DNA of 64,000 nt, taken from contig OY740787.1 of NCBI GenBank assembly GCA_963514005.1, forward strand, positions 14,756,001-14,820,000, written 5' to 3'. The position numbers and the translations under genes are program-made. Source of the stretch: Raja brachyura. Lineage: Eukaryota. Positions 1 to 9,260 of this stretch are shown piece after piece; position 1 is the first letter of the stretch; each line of letters starts with the position of its first letter. Below the pieces are notes generated by a model. The model was given only the letters and a program-made list of their open reading frames with translations. It made no database searches and was not told the origin of the DNA.

Positions 1-777
1 CCGCCCCCTCTCCTCACCTCCTCCCCGTTGAGGCGGTGGTAGAAATAAGTCAACTGAGACTTAGTTTAAAAGAACCTATTTTGTTTGCTGACTCATAAAG
101 CGCGTACACACTACCAGCGATGTTACACGTAACTTTTGCAACTCAATGGCACGTCGTAAGAATGTTTATAAACTGGCAGTGATTAATCTACTGGGAGTTG
201 TGTTCAGAAAGCGCTGGTAACATTTCCCTCCGTGTCTGGAGAAGGGCTTTTTTTTAGGCTGCTACTGTTTCAAGAGGCGGTGACTTTACCCGTTGCGTTA
301 CGTGTGGTTGCTCGCTCGTTAACATGGTGTCAGCCAAACTGCGCTGGATGTTGCAAGCTACTAGTTGGTTTTATTGTTTTCTGAAATGTTATGTTAGGAA
401 CTACTGGGCTTGCGGGTTTACTGGGTTTGCTTTTGCCATTGGACAACACGTATTGCCAATAATTTCACTTTCTCCTCTGTAATTTTGGTGTGTGGCACGG
501 AAAACCAAACGCAGTTTATTTGTCCGGATAGAACATGCGAAAAAAAGACCTTGACATTTAACAATCATCCCGCTTCCTTTTTCAATGTATTTATTTATTT
601 GGCTTTGACCTGGCCAAAACTTACCCTCGATCAACGTGTCTGTCTTCTTTGTTCTTCGTTGGGTCTTAATTTACACAACCCGATTCGCTGCATTATAAAT
701 AATTTTGGGGATTTTTTTTTGTGTTAGAAAGTTCCGAGGCCGCGAAAGGTGCAATAAAATAAGCAACTTTCTTGACG

Positions 778-955
778 CAGAAACAAAGAACTGCCGATGC
801 TGGTTAATACACAAAGTGCTGGAGTAAAGGAAATGTGTAGGAAAGAACCGCAGGTGCTGGTTTACGCCGACGATAGGCACCAAAATGCTGGAGGAACTCA
901 GCGGGACAGGCAGCATCTCTGGATGGGTGACATTTCGGGTCGAGACCCTTCTTAA
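778..955 (-). mobile_element. Penelope-type terminal repeat fragments
   Basis: gaactgcagatgctgg...aactcagcgggacaggcagcatctctgga...gacatttcgggtcgagacccttctt motif, which recurs throughout the window. Confidence 0.7.
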
Positions 956-956
956 G

Positions 957-1337
957 TGGTTGGACAGGCTAGATGCAGGAAGATTGGTCCCGATGTTGGG
1001 GAAGTCCAGGACAAGCGGTCACAGTTGGGGAAGTCCAGGACAAGCGGTCACGGTTTAAGGATAAGGGGGAAACCTTTTAGGACCGAGATGAGAAAAACAT
1101 TTTTCACACAGAGAGTGGTGAGTCTGTGGAATTCTCTGCCACAGAAGGTAGTTGAGGCCAGTTAATTGGCTATATTCAAGAGGGAGTTAGATGTGGCCCT
1201 TGTGGCTAAAGGAATCGGGGTATGGAGAGACGGCAGGTACAGGATACTGAGTTGGATGATCAGCCATGATCACATTGAATGGCGGTGCAGGCTCGAAGGG
1301 GCGAATGGCCTACTCCTGCACCGAGTTTCCATGTTTC
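957..1337 (+). mobile_element. CR1/HER1-like LINE 3' end
   Basis: ORF2 C-terminus GKSRTSGHGLRIRGKPFRTEMRKTFFTQRVVSLWNSLPQKVVEA plus the typical 3' UTR. Contains a 29-bp tandem duplication at about 995-1051. Confidence 0.85.
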
Positions 1338-1339
1338 TT

Positions 1340-1925
1340 CAGTAACTCAGCGGGTCGGACAGCATCCCCGGAGAATCAGTCTCGACCCGAATCGTCACCT
1401 AGCCACGTCCTCCAGAGATGCTGCCCGAGTTACTGCAGAGCTTTGTCTCCAACTTTTTTTCGTGTAACCAGGTCCACTCGCCGTAGGGACAAGGAACTGC
1501 AGATACTGGTTTACAAAATAAAGCGCCAAGTGCTGGAGTAACTCAGTGGATCGGGCAACAGCTCTGGAGGACATGGATGGGCGACGTTTCGGATCGGGAT
1601 CCTTCTACAGACTCATTCCCCAACAGACAAAACAATTCTGGTGTCTGAGACTGGAAAGCCCGTTAGCTGGTCCGATGACATTAATATGTAGGTAACTAAC
1701 CGGGGCAGCAAGTCTGTAGGAAGGAACTGCAGATGCTGGGTTGAACCGAAGATAGACACGAGAAGCCGCAGTATCTCAGCGGGACAGGCAGCTTCTCTGG
1801 AGAGAAGGAATGAGTGACGTTTCGGGTCGAGACCCTTCTTGATTCTTCAGTCTGATGAAGGGTCCCGACCCGAAACATCACCCATTCCTTCTCTTCAGAG
1901 ATGCTGCCTGTCCCGCTGAGTTCTT
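1340..1925. mobile_element. Cluster of Penelope terminal repeats in inverted configuration
   Basis: Arms ctcagcgggacaggcagc.tctctggagagaaggaat / attccttctcttcagagatgctgcctgtcccgctgag form a fold-back. Confidence 0.7.
1852..1880 (+). ncRNA. Minimal hammerhead-ribozyme-like motif in a Penelope repeat
   Basis: CTGATGA-a-GGGTC(cc)GACCC-GAAAC-ATCA: CUGANGA core, stem II and GAAA box. Confidence 0.55.
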
Positions 1926-1949
1926 GTGTCTAGTTTAGAAGTCAGTGTG

Positions 1950-4900
1950 TTGGGCGGTGCTGCAATAACAAATTCAAATACACTGTTCCAGTGTTGGGAA
2001 ATTAAACATGCCCACAGTGGAGACCAAGTCAGTGAATACCGGGGACGAGCAATAAAAAAAAGGGGTTATTTGGGGAATGTAGCCTTAATTCATCCACGTC
2101 AGCGGCGGTCGCAAACCGACACGCACTTTTGAGAGTGAAATATCGGGATTTTCGATTCCTCGGTGTGAAAATGCTCCTGATTCATTTGGAGATTAAAACA
2201 TGCTGCGATTCGGGCAACTGAAGGGTTAACGAAAGCAATGAGAAATGGCTCTGTCTACATGCTCCTAAAGCAATTCGAAGTTGATTTATAGAGTGGCATG
2301 TGAAAAATACAAACTAGCAGCGGCGAGTTGCCCCAATTAGATGCACACGCTCGCCGCCACATTTCACCACAGGTTACCACTGTGTCTGGAAATGGGTGTT
2401 GCTCCTGAATGTGTCGGTGATATCCTTGCGTTACCATTTAGCGTTTGTTTTTTTGTTTAAATTAAATCAATGAATAAATCTGATTTTTTTTTTTGGGGGG
2501 GGGGGGGGGGAATTTCGGGCGCAACGAAAAAAACGCGATTATGGTGCCTTTTCTGACCTGTCAGCTGGAAAACGGGAGGTGCAAGAGCTGTAACCAAAAT
2601 AGGAAGTGGGTGTGGTAGAGGCAGAGTGAAGGAAGATGTCTGGCGAATTAATATTAGTGGAGAAAAAAAAAGTTACTTTAACGATCTGTCATATCGTTCA
2701 GCAAAATATCAAAACCAACAAAAAAAAGCAGCAGAAAGATATTTCCACCCCAATCAACCAGACCCGGGCAGATAAAGAATTTGAAGATAGACACAAAATG
2801 CTGGAGTAACTATCTTCTCTCTCCAGTGTGTAAATCTGCAGTTCGTTGCAACAGATAAAGAAGGTGGCTGTGTGTTAAAAAGTTACTTTTAAACATTTGC
2901 CCCGTGGGAAGAGGTGCAATTGTTGATGTTTTCTTCGGTAAATGCTTGCAATCCGGCGATGTATTTTTTTGTTTAGCTTTGTATTTGTTCGGCTCGGTTT
3001 GTTAACGGTATGAATGAAGAGAGGGGATTAATTTTCAGACCGCGCTCTCTCTCTCGCTCTCTCTCTCTCCGCGGCTTGCACCGTTAGTTAACACGCCCCT
3101 GTCTGCCTCCCTGTTTTTTTTTTTGTCTGCCATGCCAATTTGCATTCTTTGATGGATTGCAGGGGTCTCAAAGAGCACTTCCAGGGAAGCGCTGAAGTAC
3201 CATCTCGACAAACTCTTAAGAGAGAGGCAACAGTAGTACAAGTATTTGTCCAAACTCGTTGAGTCCACTAAGGCATTCTCTGAGCCCGTGCAAAGATCAA
3301 TATTGCAGTTTGCCGATGGGCTTTGTACATGCACTCACAGTTTAGGTCTTTTAACAATATTAGCTCACAGCTCAATGAAGGGCCGTTAGCCCCAAGTACT
3401 GAGAGGAGCGCTTCCTTGAAAACCTGCCCCCCAGTTCCCACCACGTCCTGAAATGAATAACCAAACAAAAAGTGCAGGAAAGAGAGAAGCACGCGTCCCC
3501 TTTCATTTGGAATCAGGGACTTGCTCCAAGCTGTTTCAAAATGTACTTGGCAAATATTAGCAATATACTTCCAAGCCAATAACGCCGTCTTAGTTTTCTG
3601 GTTAGAACTGAAGGGTGGGATGGGGCGAGGAGGGGTGTAAAAAAAAGAGGAGTCTATTCTATTTTACTTGGGGGCGGCTAACAGCTATGAAACATGTTGA
3701 TCGCATGCTTCAAATGGAACTCCCGGCCACAATTAGCCCTGGAAGTTTTTGAAGGGAACATTTTTTCTTTTTTAAAGAGTTCCTCTGGCTCCTTGTCATT
3801 AGGTTTGCGAGAGAACAAGCGATTCTTTTTTCACGGCTGGGTTGCCCCATTGAAAGTTTGGGTATTGTGCGTCTAAGCCGTCGCAGTGAAAGAGTGGTGT
3901 GGGTTCGAGATTGGGCCGGGCCGGGCCGGATCCTTGGAGCACAGATTGCACAATCCCCGATTTTTACAGCTTTTTTTTTACTGCTTGCCGAGAGAGAAAA
4001 CGGGAGAGAGCTGTTCGGAAAACAATTTGTTAAAACATGCCTTAACCAAGTGCAATGCAGCCAGCAGACCCGGTGTGAAGTTTTCTTGCAATTGATGCCA
4101 TTATTGACCCTTTTAAGGAAGAATTCCTGCGAATGTTTTCTGGAATTATTTGTCCCACATAAACTGGAGGAAAGACACCCTTTCCTTTCAGCCGGAGTAA
4201 TTGTGAAAGGATAACAGAAGTTTGATTTAATGATTAGCCACCTGACCCTCTGCTCCTCCGAAACCTTTAACTAGAAAATAACTGGCCTTTTTCTAAGGGG
4301 AATGGGTCTGAATGTTAATCGCACGGAGGAGGGGAGGGGAGAGAGAGAGAGGGGGAGAGAGAGAGCTTCATATTGAAATGGGCTCATTGTTCTGGGTAGC
4401 ATTTGAAAAGCTGTCGATCCATTCAAGGCTTTATGCAAGTTTAAGGCAAGACACGGCTCAAATCCTTCCATCGCCCGAACGAATGGTCGAAACCACCCCT
4501 GTGAGTACACGGCTAATTTTAATGACAATTTTATAACTTTCCAGGTCATTTTATTTTGCAAACGTACACAATTTCAGTCCATTTGCCATCTGCCACGATT
4601 GTGTCCCCCCCCCCCCCCCCCCCAAATCCCCCTCCCCCGAAGAAGGAATAGCTGTCTAATTTTGAGAGGTTGCATAATTGCTCAGGAGATTTTGCTTTTA
4701 AGTAAAACATTTTAATTGAAAGCTTCTTTTGCGCCAGGCTTAGGGAGTAAGACTACAGGGAGTTCGAAAGTTTGAAAGATAAAACGCTGTGTTCCTGGTC
4801 TCTTCTTGACTGTACATTTTCGGCATGTTGATATGATACAGCTGTGATGTTTAATTCTCCCCCCCCTCCTCAACCTCCAATAAATCCTGCATGGTGATGT

Positions 4901-5450
4901 ATATCTCTGCTCCAGTTCGAAAACCCACAGGGAACTTACTATAAAGGAAAAATGTAGAACAACCCAGAGAACAATATAGATCGATGGCACAACACACTTG
5001 TACCATTCATGCTGCAGTTAACTGCCAGGCAGCCTGTTGTGGATCTTTGATGCGCCGCGGTAAATTGCAGTTAGGGGGGGAAAGAAACGCAGGCTGATAG
5101 TTTCCCGAGTCTGTTGGTGTCTGGTAGGGACATTTTCTCTCTCTCTCTCTCTCCGATAAGGTAAACTTGACTTCTCTTTTGAAACTTAACAGGCTGTTGC
5201 TATTTCTGTCGCGCTCCGCCGTTGAACTGTCTGCTGCTCTTTAAAATTTGGCAACCTTTACTCTTTTTGTTGCAACTTTTGCGGATTTTGTTCAAAAACA
5301 TTATTTGAAGCATCTAAGAAAGTATTACTTTATGGAAACACTGATTTTATTTTTTGGGGGTTCAGAGGCAAGATTTCCTTCTCTTTTGCTGCTAACTTTT
5401 TTTTTCCCTTCTTCTTCATCACTTGTGACTCAAACCTCCAGCCCAGGATG
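1950..5450. promoter_or_regulatory. Repeat-poor, CpG-retaining block: candidate intragenic promoter/enhancer cluster
   Basis: Almost no TEs over 3.5 kb. Many CpGs (e.g. 2030-2360, 3040-3100, 3840-3960, 5040-5230), (CT)n/(GA)n and poly-G/C tracts, and a possible donor aag|gtaaac at 5160/5161. Confidence 0.4.
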
Positions 5451-5559
5451 ACTGAAAAGACCCTAAAGCTGTTTTGGATAATGTCCTGAATGTACATCTC
5501 AATGGGATCTCTTGATGCCAGACCCTAACTGGGCAATATCCTGATCTTTCATTTCAATT

Positions 5560-5945
5560 AGTGTCATACAGCGTGGAAGCAGGCCATTCTACCCAACTTG
5601 CTCATGCTGACCCACATGTCCCATCGACATTAGTCCCACTTACACTAGTCCTACCTGCCTGCGTTTGGCCCATATCCCTCTAAACTCGTCCTATCATGTA
5701 CCTGTCCAAATGTTTCTTAAACGTTGCGATAGTACCTGCCTCAACGATCTCCTCTGGCAGCGTGTTCCACCCACCACCTTCTGTGTGAAAAAAAGTTATC
5801 CCCTCACATTGCTATTACATTTCCCCCCCCCTCCCCCACCCCCTCACCTTAAACCTATGTCCTCTGGTACTTGATTCCACTACTATTCCACTAAGAATCC
5901 CTGTGAGTCTACCTCATGTTTTTCTCTCATGATTTTGTACATTGG
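5560..5945 (-). mobile_element. CR1/HER1-like LINE 3' end
   Basis: Reverse of YKIMR...HRFKV...FFTQKVVG and the 3' UTR ending gcctgcttccacgctgtatgac. Confidence 0.75.
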
Positions 5946-5984
5946 ACTGTACTCTAATGCCAATGCACTCTTGGGCGATCTATG

Positions 5985-6900
5985 GCACCAGCATCCTCTG
6001 GAATGGCACCCTCTTTGGAATGGTTCGCGAGTGCCAGCAGTGTCTGGGCTGGTGCTCCGAGATCTGTCATTACTGGCTTGGTGCACAGGTGCCAGCCACA
6101 AAGGCCGATAGCAGCCCCCAGAGGTATGGGTTTAAACCAGACACTGCCCCCCCCCCCCCCTCTCACACTGGCACTGATACCAGCACCTGCAGCACTGCCT
6201 GTGCCAGCTGCAACAGGACGGTGCACTGGTGGACTGTGTGCAAAGGTGCCAGCCCCCCTGCAAGATCTTGCACGGATACCAACCCTGCCAGATGGTACAT
6301 TGGTGCCAGGCCCCTGTAGGACTGTGCACCTTGATGGTGCCCGCCACTATGATATTCCTCATATGTTGCAAAACATACTTGGCTAATAAAGTATTATTGT
6401 GATTGTGATTGGTTGCCATTGGTGCCATCCCCTCGGAGACTATGGAATGGTGCTGGACCCTGCAGGACTGCATGTTGGTGCCCGCCGCTGCAAGACTGCA
6501 TGTTCGTGCCAGCTGCTGCAAGACTGCATGTTGGTGCCAGTTGCTGCATGACTGTGCTTTGGTGCCAGCCCCTGCAAGGCTGTGAGTTGGAGCCAGGAGT
6601 CTCATCAGGACATGCATTGGTGCTAGCTCCTGCAGGACTGAGCGTTGATGTTCGTCGCTGCAAGATTGCGTGTTGGTGTCAGCTCTACGCGGGCGGCGCT
6701 TCAATGTTGATCCCTCCAGGACAGCGTGTTGAAGCCGATACCTTGTGGCATCGCACGCGGGTGGCAGACCATGTGTGGTGATGCCAACCTTTGTGGAGGG
6801 TGTTCTGATGACAACCTTCACTGCAGCCATAGTGCTATTAGGAGCCCCTGTGGAACCATGCCAGTGTTCGTGCCTTCCTGTGTGCCAGGTTGCCTGCAAA
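5985..6900. repeat. Degenerate GC-rich minisatellite; 28-bp unit ctgcaagactgcatgttggtgccagctg, best preserved at 6460-6690
   Basis: About 8 tandem 28-bp units, with ggtgcca/tggcacc motifs recurring in the flanks. Confidence 0.8.
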
Positions 6901-7447
6901 AATTCACTCAATCTCCTTTTTTTTGTATTGAGGACAGAAAATATTGGAAACACCCAGCAGGTCAGGCAGCATCCGTGGAAGGAGAAACCAAATTAACATT
7001 TCAGATTCCCAGCAAAAAACAGTTTTGTAATTTTCCGTCACTTTCCAATTTTCTGTGGCGGCATTCATTATTCCAATATCATTCATGAACCTGGGAGTAA
7101 TTGGAAAATGTATTTGGGAAAACCTTAGAAATAATCTCACGTCAATGGGTTTTGCACAATTAGATGTTAAAAGAGACAAATGTCTGAAGATCTGCATAGA
7201 TTTAGTGTTACAGTTCTAATTCTGAATATTAGAGAATTAGTTGCAAACCTTTTCAATTTTAATTGCATTGATCAAAATCAACACTTCAGTCAAGCATGTG
7301 AATGATATGCATGGTATACAAGTAATTGTGTGGGGGGGGGAAGCATGATGATTATCTTATCATATTGGGGGATAGGATTATTGCATAAGTTTCAATAAAG
7401 ATATCAATGACAGGTAAATTGTTATTGTTTCCCCTTCCTCCATACAG

Positions 7448-7696
7448 AAGTCGAAAGCCCTTGGCCTGACTATATAAGAGAGCGCAGGAATGCAATCTCA
7501 ATGCGGCCACACGGGACAGGGCAGTCCTATTGCAAGATAAATGAAGAGCCGTGCAGCTCCAGTGAAGACACTAGCTCGTCCTCAAAAATCAAGAACTCTC
7601 TGGGCTCACTGCCGCATTTAACCGAGCCGCAAACTCCCTACCGGGCAGTGTGTTTGTCAGTGGACCCCCGAAATGGCTACATGGACCAACGCTATT
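7448..7696 (+). CDS. GLI2: GLI-family coding exon (GLI2 locus; homologous to GLI3 exon 3), 249 bp, phase 1-1
   Basis: Polypyrimidine acceptor tttccccttcctccatacag| and donor |gtacgt. Translates (E)VESPWPDYIRERRNAISMRPHG...EEPCSSS...GSLPHLTEPQTPYRAVCLSVDPRNGYMDQRY, collinear with human GLI3 [21 protein letters not shown]...EEPSTSS...[31 protein letters not shown] (recalled). Joins in frame to the 60786 exon (TAT T|CC TCG CAC). Confidence 0.88.
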
Positions 7697-8719
7697 GTAC
7701 GTATTTACTCATCTGCTACTCATTTATGTTTTACACGGAAAAGCCCTCGCATTGGGCTGCGATTCCACTCGATCATGTAAAATTGTAAATGAGTCAGAAT
7801 AGTAACACTTCTTTTTAAAAGATGATCACACATATTTGTCTGGTCCATCCATGCCTTGTATCGCTGTAATTTCAAACTTTTTTTTAACACTATCTATCTG
7901 ATGAAATCATTCATATTGTAAAGTGATCCTGCTGCTCCATGGTAAACATTTGCATGTTGCTCTGTGTTGGAAAATGGCATGCTTCCAGAGGTACAGGTCA
8001 GTACGACTTTTGATGGGATATTTTTCAACAGTAGATGTAATTTATTATAGGAAGGTTACAGGTCAAAGGTATCTTAACTCGGAGCAAAGGCAAGATCTAT
8101 GGGGATTATCCGAGGACATTAAGTGATGCCTTAGAAGAGAGTGGATAAGCACAGCCAATTACTTTGCTATCCTTTTGACACATCTAGAGAAACTAATTGG
8201 CAATGGGCTCGCCTTTGACTGGAAGACAAATTTGTTTTTTGAATTTCTCAAGACGAGGGAAGAAGGGTCCAAAATGTAATTTGCATTTGGCAATATGTTA
8301 AGCCACAAGTCAAAACTCAGGAGAAGTTGCAGTTAAGATTGCCGGGAAGAAATTAAACTCTGGATTTGTTGTCTTCAAGATGATGTTAAGAATGCAGAGG
8401 GGAAATTACTGTTGACCGATACTTTGAGCTGTGTGTAGCATTGATCATTAAAACTTACTTCCCTGCATTGTGGTAGATAGGCTACGTGAAATGGATTAAG
8501 GAGGGAAAATGCCAAATCACGTGATGGGGGCGCCACATTAAACGTCTTCTCTTAGTTTCACTGCCTGGTATTTTTATCTAAATGATTTTGAGTGGCATAC
8601 AGAAGCTTATGATCCAAGGCTAATTAATCCACGCTGCATTTTGATGACTACATTTCATGCTTTGCTGCAAATCAAAATGGAACGATCCTTTTATGAATTT
8701 CAAATGATGGTACTGTGAG

Positions 8720-9000
8720 AGCACTCATGAGGAGTGAGAAGTTTAAAGGAGATCTGACAATGATTTTTTTTCTACACTGAGGGCGGCTGCAATCTGAACG
8801 CACTGCCTGAGAACGTGGTGGAAGCAGATGCTCCATTTTACAAACATTTTCAGTAGCATCTGGACAGACATTTAAATCACCAAGGTGCAGTAGGCTACAA
8901 ACCAAGCATTGGTTAATGGGATTAGTATAGGCAGGTACTTGATGGTTGGTGTGGATATAATGGGCTGAAGAACCTATTACTGTGTTGTATGATTCTCAGA
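8720..9000 (+). mobile_element. Degraded CR1-like 3' end
   Basis: gagaagtttaaaggagatctg...ttttctacactgagggcgg...atgggctgaagaacctattactgtgttgtatgattct. Confidence 0.55.
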
Positions 9001-9044
9001 CACTTCCAACATTCCCAGTTTATTGAGGTCCAAGTAAGGTGAAA

Positions 9045-9260
9045 AAAACACACAAAGTGCCGTAGTAATTCAGCAGGTCAGGCAGCACCTCTTGAGAACA
9101 TGGATAGGTGTTGTTTTGGGTCGGGACTCTGCTTCGGACCCTTCTGGACCTGAAACTACACCTATCCATGTTTTCGAGAGGTGCTGTATGACCCGCTGAG
9201 TTACTACGGCACGTTATGGTTTTTTTTTGTAAACCTGCATCTGCAGTTCCTTGTTTCTCC
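9045..9260. mobile_element. Penelope terminal repeat fold-back
   Basis: Inverted arms gtgccgtagtaattcagc...cacctc.tgagaacatggataggtg / cacctatccatgttttcgagaggtg...gctgagttactacggcac. Confidence 0.7.

Noticed and set aside
6460-6690. CRISPR-like array
   Set aside because: The units are contiguous with no unique spacers, there are no cas genes, and the context is vertebrate.
6132-6953. 273-aa minus-strand ORF and overlapping ORFs
   Set aside because: They arise from a stop-poor 28-bp minisatellite and show no protein-family signature.
1-7447. The METS.../MEAQ... start-codon exon of GLI2
   Set aside because: No matching peptide was found by eye; it probably lies upstream of the window.
7501-7788. 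95-aa ORF as a standalone gene
   Set aside because: Homology begins upstream of the ATG at a splice acceptor and ends at the 7697 donor; the rest is intron read-through.
5560-9000. Inverted CR1 tails flanking the cassette exon as a circRNA or skipping driver
   Set aside because: The two copies are from diverged subfamilies with little contiguous complementarity, and such pairs are expected by chance at this repeat density.
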